Shown: piece after piece, positions 24,151-36,697 of the stretch
How the letters are laid out: every line of letters starts with the position of its first letter
Position numbering within the stretch: the stretch's first letter is position 1
Source: Felis catus
Taxonomy: Eukaryota
NCBI RefSeq assembly: GCF_018350175.1
Contig: NC_058383.1
Span: forward strand, 27,468,001 to 27,532,000
DNA length: 64,000 nucleotides
Direction: 5' to 3'
Translations under genes and position numbers: made by a program
Notes under the pieces: model-generated
What the model was told of the DNA's origin: nothing
The model's database searches: none
Seen by the model: the letters and a program-made list of their open reading frames with translations, nothing else

Positions 24151-25597
24151 TTTTGCTGATTCTAGAATTTGCTGATTGGAATGAATCATGTTGAATGCTT
24201 AAAAGGACACAGCTGATTGTGGGGTGATCAGTCAGGCAAAAGACATCTCCAAGGACTGTTCTTTAAAGCTCACTTAGTGCACCCCAAACCAAAGTTTAGC
24301 CTAGGTGGGGGAAGCAAATAAAAGTTTAAGATTCACTGTGAATCTTAAATCAGTACAACCAGTCTATTTGTGCCTTTCTGACTTCTTTGTTTCAGCCAAC
24401 AAGAAACCTTTCTTTTTGGAAGGCTTAGCTAGGCTGTTTTATAATTTTTTAGGTTGAGATTTTTATGCCTTTGTTTTGTTTTGAGAACCTAATGACTACT
24501 TTCACTGTCTTTTATGTCTAATCTTCCCCAAACAATCATAAGGATGGTCTATAAACCTAGTTCCTCCAGTGATCCATGCATCACTGCATGAAATGTTACA
24601 AAGGAGAGGGTCACGTGGCTCACAAGTCAGCTGAGAACACCCTGCCTTATTCTCTTACAGTTGACTCAAGCCCTCCATTCCGCACTGGGCTGGAAATTTT
24701 AATCTCTGCTCCAAGATTTCGGCGGATTCCAGAGTCTTATATTCTTACCATGACCTCTGGTTCTAATTTCCTGTTAATTTCACTCTGGGGATGCCAGTGC
24801 GGATGTGGATGCCAGAAACCTTTCTTTGATTTTCTGAGTCCAAAATTTACAAAAGACATTTATTTGGGTGTGTAACAGTCTTAAAGGGAAGTTCGAAGTG
24901 ATGGATGACTTCTACCCAGCAAATAACTTGAAAATTGATTTTTAGGCACATGTGATCTAGAAAATCCTTCAGCTATTCCCTACTGATGATTTTTTTTAAT
25001 GCCATTCCTGGCCCTTTTGCCAGATGTTTTTCTGTAACTTTTTGCCTTTTCCTATCTCTTAGTTCTCCCAACGAAAATTTCTGGGGGTCTAGACCTGGTC
25101 ATCTGTCTCTTTGTTTTACTGTCCTTCCATATTTAAAGCTTATTATCAAGATGTTTTTCGGAAAAGAATTCCCTAAAGAGTATTTTCATGCCAACTATAA
25201 AAATAACATTTAACTCCTGTTTTAATGGAGTGGGAGCTCCAGAGAAGGGAGGATTTGGGTGAGTTTACAAAGGATTTAAAGAATCAAGACTATGGAGGGG
25301 AGTCTGAAAATACCACCACATGACAACAGTTGGATTTTGTGTCTTTGTCTCTGTTTGACATTGTGCCCATGGCAGTTCTCACACTGACTGTTCACTTTTC
25401 TGGGAAGAAAGCAGGTCCCACTCCAGTCTCAAATCTGCCATTTTCAAAGAAACACAGACAAATTCACTCTAAAAACAATGAGAGTGAATTGATGAGCTCA
25501 CTGTTGTCTTGTGTTTTCTCACTATTTCCCAGATGAGTGGGGCTGATTCTCATGGAGAAGACCTGCTCCTTCATTTAAGATGACAATATTAATGTTA

Positions 25598-25820
25598 ATA
25601 ATTGCTAATACTTAGGTAGTATTTATGGTACGAATGTTTCCCGTTATTTAGTTACACTATTATACTCGTTTTAATCTTCAATAAGGACCAATGAGGCAGG
25701 CACTGTTTTCATTTCCACTTTACAGATGAAGAAACTGCGACAGAGAAGCCACCCGAGGTGGTTACCAACCACGGCAATTTGGTCCCAGAATCCACGTTCT
25801 TAACTGCCACACCATTCCCA
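25598..25820 (-). mobile_element. MIR SINE
   Basis: tttaatcttca...tgaggcaggcactg...tttacagatgaagaaactgcgacagagaag...ttcttaactgcc. Confidence 0.8.
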
Positions 25821-25919
25821 CCTTACTGTGACTTCGTGAATAGCGATGCCAGGGAACTGCTCAGTCCAGGGGCCCAAAATACAATGATTAGAACACCAAG
25901 GTCATGGGTTAAATCCAGC

Positions 25920-26197
25920 CAGATCCTTCGAGTGTCGGCCTAGATGCCACTTCCACGGAGAGCCTTCCCAGGCTCCCACACACCGGGATAGTTTCTGCTA
26001 CTGCACGCTCTGACTCCGCCATGTGACCTACCCCTGGGTGATTTGCGCTAGAATTGCTCCGTGATTATTAGTGCAAATGACTCTCTCTCCTTTCCTAAAG
26101 TGCAATCTCCACGAGAATGGGGATCACGTCCTTCTTGGTCACACTGTATTTCTAACACTAGCCGAGTGCTTGACACATACTGGGACGTCAATATGTG
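25920..26197 (+). mobile_element. L2 3' end
   Basis: gatgccacttccacggagagccttccc...ctccacgagaatgggga...cactgtatttctaacactagccgagtgcttgacacata. Confidence 0.7.
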
Positions 26198-26224
26198 ACT
26201 CAACACTCTAGACCCCTCCTAGAG

Positions 26225-26397
26225 AAGGGTTTCTCAAAATTTGACACTAATGCCATTTCTGTCCAGATACTTCTTTGTTGCAGCGGGATGTTGTGGACAG
26301 GACACAGTAGGACGTTTGCCAGTTACCTTGGCCTCTACCCACTGGATGCCAGTAGGACCCCCACCCCATCAAGACAACTCAAATTGCTCCCAAAGAT
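26225..26397 (-). mobile_element. MER20 (partial)
   Basis: gggtttctcaaaatttgacacta...ttctttgttg...ttggcctctacccactggatgccagtag. Confidence 0.8.
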
Positions 26398-26481
26398 GCA
26401 TGATGGACTGCCTGTGAGAGGATACACAGATGAACACAATGCTGATTCTTGCTGTAAGGAAACAAAGAAAAGAACATTTTC

Positions 26482-26709
26482 GGGGCACCTGCATGGCTCA
26501 GTTGGTTAAGTGTCCGACTACAGCTCAGGTCATGATCTCATGGTTTGCGGGTTCAAGCCCCACTTCTGTCTCTTTGCTGAGAGCTCACAGCCTGGAGTCT
26601 GCTTTGGGTTTTGTGTGTCTCCCTCCCTGCCCCTCCCCTGCTGGTGCTCTCATTCTCTCTCTCTCTCTCTCTCAAAAATAAGTAAACATTAAAAAAAATT
26701 TTAATAAAA
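26482..26709 (+). mobile_element. SINEC
   Basis: ggggcacctgcatggctcagttggttaag head, CT tract, A tail; TSD aaaagaacattttc at 26468-26481 and 26710-26723. Confidence 0.95.
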
Positions 26710-26819
26710 AAAAGAACATTTTCTAGTGACTGAACTTCAGTAATAACACTGGCTTATTATAAAAGCGCACTTTTGCAGGGTAAGTTCTCTGGGAACAAAT
26801 ACAGCGGGTAGTTTTATTT

Positions 26820-27040
26820 AACAACAGCAGCTATCACTGGGAAGTACATATTATGAGCAAGTGCTATGATGCTAAGTGTTCCACCCCATTAAGTCACCTG
26901 CCTCTTACAACTCTGTGGGTGACAGAGGCCCAGAGAAGTTAGTGACTTGACCAAGGTGACATGACTGGTGGGTGGGATTCTGAACCCTGGCAGGTCTAGC
27001 TGATGGCAAAGGCCTCACTCTCCTTCGCGAACTTATAAGC
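26820..27040 (-). mobile_element. MIR SINE
   Basis: gaggcccagagaagttagtgacttgaccaaggtgaca...gggattctgaaccctggcaggtct. Confidence 0.8.
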
Positions 27041-28344
27041 ACCCTGTAGTGTCCCCGACGCCTTATGTTTGCAAAGATTTCTCCAAATGGTCCGACACCC
27101 ATTTATATGCGTGGGAGGTCATCCAGAAGACAAAGCCCTGTGTTTCAGTGCCCAAGAACAGTGCCTGGCACTTAAAAATACTTGTTGAGAGGACGAATGG
27201 TTAGAAAGGCCTCTCCCACCTCGAGGTTATTAAAAACAAGTTTCCATAATGTATTAAAGGGCGTGTCTGTTTCTCACCGAATTCTTGTCTGTTGCTAGAC
27301 CAAGCGGTTTAGCCAAGTCTTTAATCAACATGAGTTTCTGCCGGCTCAGGCCTTCCACACTTGCCCTGTGAACGCTTTCCCACTTATCAAGTTATTTTTC
27401 CTGAGAAGAGATCACCCACTCTCAGCCAAAGCGAATCCATAATGAAATCCCCACCTCTCATATATGCATTCTTTCATTTACTAGGGATTAGTTCCCTTAT
27501 TTTACCCATGGGAGAAAAAAAAAATAGAGCTGGTCCAGAATGTTGCTTAAAGCTTAATAATACATGTTTTGCGGTCAACTCTTCTCTGTATTTTCTTTTA
27601 CAAACTATGGAAATGAGATATGAAGACTTTCCCTGGCAATACAGGCAGGATGATGCTTTCTGACTTCTGGTCTCCTTTTGGGATACAGCTGATGCTCTGA
27701 AACGCACTACCCCACTGACTACTGCCTTGAGGCAGTGGGAGTGAGCCAAGAAAATCTATTCAACCATTTGTTACATCCCAAAACGGCATCCTTGCGATAG
27801 AAGGCCTCAAGCAGCAGGGCCCCAAATGCAGATCTGAACATTCGGGTGCTTCTATTTTCAGAGGTGCAGAGGGAAAAATGGCACCCACGAGTTTTTGGAT
27901 GGAAAATCTGCAAAAGAACAATCAAAATAGCTCTCACTGGGGGTCCCCTCCCCCTATGCCTGACTCCAGCCTGGGCCAGGAAAGGGAGGTAAGTGAGCCA
28001 GGAGAAAACAGAGGATGCTGCTAGAAGAAAGGAACTTAACCTCTGTGAATGGCCTTTCAAGGCATGATGTGTTCTTTGAGGGATGCATCCCTCCTGTGAT
28101 GGAATCGATGCAGACAGAACATGATCTCTAAGGAGATCTCCCTGCACCGAATGCTTCGCCAAGAAAGCAAGCCACAGAAGAATACAGCGAGAGTGTCAGT
28201 TCTCTGCTCCCCAGCTCTAGAATCCTGTACTTGAATGCTTTGCAAGGGTCGTCCTGGGAATGTGCATGGTGTGGCTGAGCGTTTTTTTTTGTAGGTTGCA
28301 AGAACGTCTGATGAGTATAACATGTCTCTAAATACTGGCTCCCT

Positions 28345-28452
28345 GGGGCGCCTGGGTGGCTCGGTTGGTTAAGCGCCCAACTTGATTTCAGCTCAGGTCA
28401 TGATCTCATGGTTGGTGGGATCGAGCCCTGCTGTCAGCACAAAGCCTGCGGG

Positions 28453-28512
<60 letters not shown>

Positions 28513-28608
28513 CCTCCCTCCCTCCCTCCCTCTGCCCCTCCCCTGCTCACCCGCACTCTCACTATCACAATAAATAAATAAACATTTAAAAACAGAAAAA
28601 TAAATAAA
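28345..28608 (+). mobile_element. SINEC with expanded (CT)n
   Basis: ggggcgcctgggtggctcggttggttaagcg..., long (CT)n at about 28455-28510, aataaataaataaaca tail. Confidence 0.93.
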
Positions 28609-28831
28609 TGCTTGTCCACCTCCTGGAAAACAGGGTCACTGGGCGAAGAGGCTCTGGCTTGCTCATATAGAATCCAAGTGGCACTGAGTGGAGGGCCAGC
28701 CAAACAGGACTTTGGTCATCAGGAAGAGAGGCTGGAGACAGGGAGAGAGACCAGCTTTGTAAACCAGCTGGGGTTGGGGGGGAGGGTCTGGCTCAACTCC
28801 ACTTCCTTTGTTGATCCTTAGACCTTGAAAC

Positions 28832-29352
28832 CAGAGGTCTGAAACTTTCTTTGGGGGTGGGAAGAGCAGCTTAGAACCCTCAGGCAGACAGATGGAGCTT
28901 ACAGAGACCTTGTCAGAATAACGATTTTTTTAAAAATCCATAAAAGTACATTGCATTTCAAAAAAACTAATTACCTTGAAAGAGTTATCAAAATATTTAA
29001 TAAAAAGATTGTGTGAAATGGTAATATGTGGCCTTATTTATTAACACATTAAAAAAGAGATCCAGTGGTGGGTCTAAAGACTCCCGGATTTTGAAACAGT
29101 GATACATGTAAATGATATTTTGAAATACCTGCATCACTTCTAATGATAACTGGCCGGGATTCCTGTAGGCCACATGCTCACGGCTACACTAACATTACTG
29201 TGGTTTATTCCCTCATTCATAATTGAGGGACATATCAAATTTCAGTTAGGAATGAGTGAAAATGAAGTCACATTTTATTTGTCCCCTCTGAGTTCATTTC
29301 GTCTATACTCATTCCTTCGGGCATATTTTCTGGTCCTGTGGGTTTAATGTCT
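28832..29352 (-). mobile_element. MER119-like hAT-Charlie element
   Basis: tcagaataacgattttttt...gttatcaaaatatt...gatccagtggtgggtctaa...attactgtggtttatt...aaatttcagttag...gtgaaaatgaag. Confidence 0.8.
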
Positions 29353-29364
29353 TTGTTTATTTGT

Positions 29365-30795
29365 TGATGATTCTCAGGGCTCTACCTCCAGACCTGGGTC
29401 TCTCCACAGAAGCTCCTTTTTCAGAGCTCGGCATGGGTGTCTCGTTGGCATCTCAAACCAAACGTGTCTAAACGGGCTGCCGGTCTTCCCGTCCACACCC
29501 GTCCAACCCACCCGTCTTGCCCATCTCACTAAATGGGGCTCCATGCTTCTGGTGGTCGGGGCCAAAGAACCTGGGGTCTCCCTGTCTCCTCTCTTTCTCT
29601 TTGCACATCCAACCAGCCAGCAAGTCCTGTCAGCCACACTTGAAAACATATCCCTGCCCCACCTTGCCTCCTACCACCTCCAGGGCTAAGCCCTGGGCTC
29701 AGGCCACCTCATCTCTCACCCAGATTACTGCAGTAGCTTCTTAGTTCCCTTTCTTCTCCCTTCCCTCCCAAGGTTGCCCCTGGCATGGTGCCCAGGGTAA
29801 TCTTTTAAAACCAAGAGTGATGCGATCTGTATTACTCCCCTGTTCAAAACCCTCCAAAATCCTTTCCATTTAGCCAAGAATAAAATTCACATTTCGACCA
29901 TGGACTACAGGATTCGTACACCTCCATTATCTCTCTGACAGCAATCACTCGATTAGCTTGAGTAGCTTCTGTCTCCTGATCTTCAAATTCACCAAGTCAA
30001 TAACCTACCCCGGGGCCTCTGCCCTTGCTGATTCTCTGCCAGAATGTTCTCCCTACTGTCCACGTGATTCCTCCCTCCTCCAGGTTCTGCGAAGTCTCCT
30101 CTCACCACCTGTTAGGGACTGAACCGTGTACCCTCTAAAAATCCGCATGTTGAAGGACCCCGCTAGTACATCAGAATGGGGAGATGTGCATTTGGAGGTG
30201 GGGTCTTTAAAGAGGCAATGAAGGTAACATGAGGCTGTTAGGGTGGGCCCTAAGCCAATGTGAAGGACCTTACAGGAAGAGGAGATTAGGGGACCAGAGT
30301 GTACACGCACAGAGTGACAACCATGTGAAGAGGCAGCTGGGGGATGGGGCACCATCTGAAAACCAAGGAGAGAGGCCTCAGGAGAGACCAATCCTGCCAG
30401 CACAATGACCTTGGATTGTGAGCCTCCTGAGCTGTGATAAAATACATTTCTGATATTTAAGCCACCCTGCCTGTAGTATTTTGTTATCACCACCCTAGTA
30501 AATAAATACACCACATAAAATAATAGTTCCACCTCCACCCTGGGACTCCTCACCCCCTCCTTATCTTGCTTGACCTTCCTCTGCAGGCGCTCAACACCAT
30601 CAGATACGCTAAATGATTACAGAACATAAACAGTTTTATTTGCTCATGGTCCATCTTCCTTACTGGAATATATGTGTGATGACAGCATGGGTTCTGTCTA
30701 GACTTTGCAGAGTGATCAGCACCGGACTAGAACATGGCACTCAATGAGTATTTGTTGGCTGACTGACTGACTGACTGACTGAATGAATGAATGAA
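29365..30795 (+). mobile_element. L2a LINE (about 1 kb) split by an MLT1 LTR; ends in a (TGAC)n(TGAA)n tail
   Basis: ggcatctcaaacc...gccagcaagtcctgtcag...cagattactgcagtagcttc...ggggcctctgcccttgctg, resuming after 30515 to gcactcaatgagtatttgttgg...tgaatgaatgaa. Confidence 0.85.
30110..30510 (+). mobile_element. MLT1B-like MaLR solo LTR
   Basis: TG...CA termini (tgttagggactgaa...aaataaataca); ccatgtgaaga...aaggagagaggcctcaggagagacc; TSD ccacc/ccaca. Confidence 0.9.
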
Positions 30796-31909
30796 ATAGT
30801 TCTAGTAAAACTGCTTGCCTCCCTCATAAAGGTCTCAGAAGCCACTGTTATTATTAACATCGGGTCACCACTTTGGAATTCAATGGATCATCCCCGATTC
30901 GTGCATGAATTAATAAGGGCCATCTCTAAACGCTCCTGAACCAGCCAAGGAAGTGACAATGGCAACAAAAGGGACTTAAGCTGGCCTTCTTACCCTCACC
31001 CCTGAGGCATGTTCTTCCTCCTCTGCGTATGTAGGTAAGGAGTATTTTTAATTGCCAATAATACTATTTCTCACTTTGTTTGTGTGTGCTTTCAGGTTTA
31101 CATAGTTCTTATCTATGCGTTAGATTTAATCCTCTCTCCTACTGACTCAGAAAAAAAATGTTTATTAACTCAATATTTGCATATGATTTTATTCATACTG
31201 TGAACACAGCATTTTCAGATAGTTAGGTGTTTATCTATCTCTTCTGCCGGACTGTGAATTTCTGCAAGGAAAGAACGTTTGTATGCTCAGGGCTGAGTGG
31301 AGTACCCGGTAGATTGTAGATGCTGATTGAAAGTTTGTTGGTGGCATTATTATCCAATATTTATCGAGTCATTCCAATTTCCTCACACTACAATGGGGAT
31401 ATTATCAGCATCACCTCTTGAGGTGGCTGTGTTAATATGAGTCAACCACTGAGAACACGTCTGGTCCACGGCAACCACTCAAAACAGGAAGCACTGACTG
31501 AGTCTGGGTCAGAGGAAACCACTACAACACGGATGCATGGCTTGGGCTGCAGTCTTAGGGCAGTGTGCACAGACCTCACTCCTGTGGGGGCTGGAGAAGA
31601 AGCTGAGAAGCATCGTCCAGGGCAAACAGACATTGGAGAATTAAATGATCTCTTGCATTTGCTCTCAACCATATGACTTAATTACTGGGAAATACCACAT
31701 GCGCTTTTCTGTTGGGACAGATGTGTGGAAAGAAAGGGAGGCAGGCTTAATATTTTCTTTTCTTCTGGTTTATGAGTTTCATCAATTTTTCTAGAAGGAA
31801 ATGGCTTCTCTTTGACCTTCCTCCTGTGAGTGGAGAGTTGCTTCCAAGGAAGGCTGTTGGGAGGCAGCCAGGCAGGAGGGTGAGAGCAGAGAGAGTCCAG
31901 GGGGTCTGA

Positions 31910-33250
31910 AACTGTCATATCCAACCTGTCCCAAGTCCTGTCACTTTCATTCCCAAAGCTCCCCCCAATCTGCTCATTCCTCTCAGCTCCTCTGCCATCC
32001 CCCTGACCCAACCCAAGCTGCCATCTTTTCTGGAAACAGACTCCTGACTTCACCCTCAAGCTCCACTCTTGTTTCCTCCAAGTATCTTCTCAGCTGAGCC
32101 AACGAGTGACCATCTTACAACATAAAGTACATCCTTGTCCCTTCATCTCCTCAAAAACCCTTCAGCTGCTTCCGATTGCACGGGGACAAATAGCAAAAAT
32201 CCTTCGCCTGTGGAGACAGTCTACGTGCGCGTCCACGCGTGGGTGGATAAAGGACATGTGGTAGAGACATACAACGGGACCGTGTTCAGCCTTAGAAAAA
32301 AGAAGGAAATTCTGCTGTTTGCAGTAACAGCAGCAAACCTGGAGGACATGACGCTGAGTGAAATGTGCCAGTCACACGAAGACAAATGCTGCATGATGTC
32401 GTTTGGTTGAGGAACCTAACGTAAGCCAATTCACAGAAATCTAGAAATGGATGTATGGTTTCCAGGGACTGCAGGGAAGGAGGAAGGCAGAGCTGCTAAT
32501 CACAACACTAGGGTTTTTGTTGTTGTTTGTTTGTCTTTTTAAGAATGAAACCAAGTTTCACCACTGATCATTATTTTAAAACTGAAATCGGATGAAAGAC
32601 CAGTGTGTTCTATGTCACAGTTCATGTAAAAAGTAGGCACCCACTCATCTAGGCCAGCAAGCAGACAGGCTGAATGGATGTTATAAAGAGATGCTGGAAA
32701 GGTATTACTGATTTGATAAATTTGATCATCAGTGTTTCCTAGATATTGGGATCATGTGACTACATTTATTTAAAATGTACACAATGTGTGGCACAACTGG
32801 ACAGTTTTAACATGGAAAAAGGAAATATTTTTATATTAAAACAAACAAACATACAAATCCTTTGCGGGTCTTCCAAGGCTTATGTGGTCCCGCCCCGCTG
32901 ACATCATCTCCTACCTCTCACTCCCTTCCCTCTGTGCTATGACCACGGTGACTCATCCAGCTCTTTGAAAAAACTCAATTTCTTCCATTTTGTGGCTGTG
33001 AAGGTTTCAGCATACATGAGTGGCTTCCTCAAAGTGCCCCAGTCTGAGCCCTTGGCCACTGTCTAGATGAAATCCTCATGGCACTTCTGAATTCTCCCTT
33101 CAAGGGGGGCAGCCGTCCCCACACTTCTCAAGCTCCTAAGTGTCTGTGAATCTTTGTTTTACTGAAGCCTCTCCAACTGGAGTTTGTAGACCATGAGGGT
33201 AGAGACCATGCTGTCTTGTTCACCACTTTATCTCCTGCTCCTAGGAGGCT
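31910..33250 (+). mobile_element. L2 LINE split by an L1M insertion
   Basis: catatccaacctgtcccaagtcctgtcac...aaaacccttcag; resumes at aaatcctttgcggg (about 32855) to ccatgagggtagagacc...ttgttcaccact. Confidence 0.7.
32208..32850 (+). mobile_element. L1MB-like 3' fragment containing an unexplained internal segment
   Basis: gtggataaaggacatgtgg...cagccttagaaaaaagaaggaaattctg...cctggaggacatgacgctgagtgaaat...; possible TSD aaatcctt on both sides. Confidence 0.75.
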
Positions 33251-33251
33251 G

Positions 33252-33815
33252 ATTTATTCCATGAATGTTTACGGAGTTCTTAGAAAGCGCCAGACCCTCG
33301 GCTAGGCGCTGGGGATACAGAAAGAGTATGATGTGGTGTCTGACCACGCGATGGCTAGACAGACAGATCTGTCCCGAAATACATGCAGCCAAAATTGGAA
33401 GGGATCAGCCCTGATGCTTTCTGGCACATGGAGTGTTTGAGGAAGGATGGAGACAGGACGGAACTCTGAAATACATATGGAAATAGAATTACATATGTGA
33501 ACAGAGAAGGCAACAGTAGGTTTTGTCTGGAAAAGTGGGAAGGATTCTCAGAGGAGGTGCTGACTGATCTTGACCCTAAAGGATGCTAACGAAGGAACAG
33601 GGGTTTGTCAGCTACACAAATCTGGGGAGAGCATTATATCACCCAGGCAACCATGTGGGAGATGGTCTGGGTGAGCCAGGAGGCAGGGAGACTGGTTAAA
33701 AGGCTGTAGCAAAAGTTCAGATAAAAGATGAGCAGGCCTGAACTGGGCAGCAGAGAAGAGGTTGGCAAGGGGGAGGTGGCTTCCAGAGACATGACAGAGG
33801 GGCTAAATTTGGGGT
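33252..33815 (-). mobile_element. L2 LINE (tail to tail with the preceding L2)
   Basis: atttattccatgaatgtttac...ctaggcgctggggatacag...ggattctcagaggaggtg...ggaggcagggagactggttaaaaggctgtagc. Confidence 0.75.
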
Positions 33816-33819
33816 GGCT

Positions 33820-34570
33820 GTGAGGTAGGATTATGTTCAGCCAAACATAAGTCACTGAATTCTAATTAACATTTCTTGCCTCACTAATAAGAAGACTGGA
33901 GCCAGACACCAAGGTTGGTTCAGCAACTCGTTTGCATCATTAAAGATCCACATCCAGGGTGCCTGAGTGGCTCAGTTGGTTAGGCATCTCACTCTTGATT
34001 GCAGTTAAGGTCATGACCCCTGATTTGTGGGATTGAGCCCTGTGTCGGGCTCTGCACTGATGATGCGGAGCCTGCTTGTGTTTTCTCTCTCTCTCTGCCT
34101 CTTCCCTGCTTGTGTGCTCCCCCCACCTAAAACAAAAAACAAAAAACACCACCACCACCAGCAACAACAACAACAACAAAACCTTAAAGATCCACATCCA
34201 TTTCAGTATGGACTCCAGTCTTTAACATAGTGGCTTTTTATACTTATGTGCGTTGACTCGTGGTTGAAAGATGGCTGCCACAGCTCCAGGCATCATGGCT
34301 GCATTCAAGGACCGGAAGGAGAAGGTGAAGACGGGAGAGCCAGGCCATGAAGTGAAGACCCTTTTGCATCTTTCTTCTTTTCTTCCAGAGGAAACATCTT
34401 CCAGAGTGTCCCAGCAGATAGCTGTTAATGTCTCATTGGCCAGGATGGCCCAAATGGCCGCTCCCAGCTGCAAGGTGAGCTGGGAAATTAGCTATCCAGC
34501 AAAGGGAAACAGATGCCTGAATGGCTTAGACCAGTCATGACTCATGTTCTGGACCTTCCATGTTGCCTCC
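33820..34570 (-). mobile_element. MLT1K-like MaLR LTR, interrupted by a SINEC
   Basis: aagatggctgccacagctccaggcatca...tctcattggccaggatgg...agctgcaaggtgagctgggaaa...ggcttagaccagtca. Confidence 0.8.
33957..34183 (+). mobile_element. SINEC with tail converted to (CAC)n(CAA)n
   Basis: perfect 17-bp TSD ttaaagatccacatcca at 33940-33956 and 34184-34200. Confidence 0.95.
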
Positions 34571-34649
34571 CTCCCCTCTCCCCTCTAGACATAATCAAAA
34601 CCAGCTGCTAACAGTGTCGGCCGTAGGGTGGGAGTGGGGTGGCTTTGGT

Positions 34650-35260
34650 TTTATTCAAACGGTCTTCCCCTGCATGTGAAGGATGGCAGGCAGCCCCCTC
34701 TCGGCTTCAGTGCTGTGGAAACCCCTGCTTGTTCCAGCTGAGCCCGCTGTTCTTTGCTCATACATTCCCAAGAAGATGATTATGCAGAACAGCGAGAGCT
34801 TTCCTGTTTCCCCAAATATTCTCGAGAAATAAGGCTGCATTAATAATTTGTTTTCTTGGTATGGGCCATTCGCTTGCAAAACGATATTCCAGGCATAGCA
34901 CGATACTTCCCTTCCTCATTTACATTCACCGTTGGTTTAATTATGCTTTTCAGTCAGAATACTTATTAATTTTATAGACCTACCTGAAAATTAAATTGGA
35001 TAAATTCCTTTTGCTTCGTACCTTGAAAAATGTGTTTTTCCAAGCTGCTGCTGGAGCCCACTCTGGCCCTGTGCAATTTTGTTCCTCTTAAAGTTCATTT
35101 GCAAATAACACTGTGTTGGTTTAAAGGGTATTCATCATGTCTGAGCAGGAGAAACACTGCAAAATGCAGCCCAATCCAAAAGAAAATAGGAGGACAATGG
35201 AGAAAATTGTCAAATATTTTATTTTCTCATTAGGGGGGGCAGCCATTTGAGTGAGGCATA
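34650..35260. promoter_or_regulatory. Candidate conserved non-coding element
   Basis: about 600 bp repeat-free, rich in TAAT/TAATTA, palindrome TTCTCGAGAA at 34819-34828. Confidence 0.35.
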
Positions 35261-35826
35261 AAATTTCCCTTTGGATTCAATGAATCTGCCTTGCTTGTGG
35301 GGAGAAGTCTATGTTGCACTGATGAGTCAGTAAGCCACAGGTGTGAAGAAGGACACGGGGTAGGGCCTTCCCCACCGACCGGGGTTGAGGGGGCAAAACA
35401 CGAGGACAGCAGGTGGTGCGTTTATTCGTGAAACATTTACCAAAGGCGCTGTGTCTCAGGCACCAGGGTACCAGAAACAGAATCACACCATGTTCCGTAC
35501 TTTTCACAGGCTAGGCCGGTAATTATACAGTGACAACAAAGCACAGTAAGTGTTATGCGAGACGGAAGCACAGGACACTGGAAGAGGCCAGAGCAGGGCC
35601 ACACACCCCACAACAAAAGCACTGTGAGGGCAGGAAACCTATCTATGCTTTGTGTGCCCTAACTCCACTGCCCAGCCCCGTGTGCCTTGGCACATACGTG
35701 CTCGGGAGTTAGTTACTCAGGGCGCTTGGATTACAATGAATGGGACTTCATGCTGCGTAATAATCAAGGTAATACAAGCTGTTCTAACAAACAAGCACCC
35801 AAATCTCAACGGCTGTAACACAATAG

Positions 35827-35828
<2 letters not shown>

Positions 35829-35867
<39 letters not shown>
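35829..35867. repeat. (GT)n microsatellite
   Basis: direct read. Confidence 0.95.
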
Positions 35868-35868
<1 letters not shown>

Positions 35869-35869
35869 T

Positions 35870-35990
35870 CTCCAGTTTGCCAACTGCTGCAGATCTTTGG
35901 ACTTCTCAGCCTCCATAAGTGCACAAGCAATTCCTTAAAATAAATGCCTTTTTTTATACTAATACCCTGTTGATTTTGCTTCTCTGAAGA
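35870..35990 (+). mobile_element. MLT2 (ERVL) LTR 3' fragment
   Basis: ggacttctcagcctccataa...caattccttaaaataaat...cctgttgattttgcttctctgaaga. Confidence 0.75.
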
Positions 35991-36235
35991 CAGTAAGCAA
36001 CAGGGATGAAGTGAACAAGTGAAGTGACTTTGGTTAGCGACTAATCACAAAATGACAGGGTTATCCTGATCGCACACACAGAAATTCTATATTTGGGTGA
36101 GGAAAACAAGAGCCAATGATGAAACTTTCATACAAAGACCAAAGCAGAAGAAGGTAACTGGCCCTGTAACTTAATTTTCACCCAAGCCCCCAAAACCCCG
36201 AAGACAGTGTTCAAGTCTACGAAGTTGGAATTCTG

Positions 36236-36512
36236 AAGGATGCGTAAGTTCTTGAGGTCTCATGTACAGCGTTGTGACTACAGTTAACCACACCGTATTG
36301 TACACTTGACATTGCTAATAGGGCATATCTTAATTGTTCTCACAGACACAAAAACCAAAACCAAAATGAAACTATGTGAGGTGATGCAGGACATGTTCAT
36401 TAGCGTGACCGCAGAAACCACTTCACAATGTGTATCAAATCACCTCATTGTGCACCTTTCACATATACAATCTTTATTTGTCAATTATATGCCGATAAAG
36501 CCAGGAAAAGGA
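36236..36512 (+). mobile_element. L1MA-like 3'UTR fragment
   Basis: taagttcttgaggtctcatgtacagc...tattgtacacttga...actatgtgaggtgatg...atatacaatctttatttgtcaattata. Confidence 0.85.
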
Positions 36513-36697
36513 ATACTTCTGTAAAAAGCAATCAAAGGCGCCAATACCCAAGGTTCTAATCCTAGCTGACCTCTGTATCGCGGAGTGACCCTGTGGAAGC
36601 CCAAAATGCTGGCAAGACCTCAATTTCCTCAGTTGTAAAATTAGGGAATGGAATCACATGGTCTCGCCGTGACTGAAAAATCCATGACTCTTGAGGG

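Noticed and set aside
34027..34230. Poly-His/poly-Gln ORF
   Set aside because: Translation of a SINE tail microsatellite
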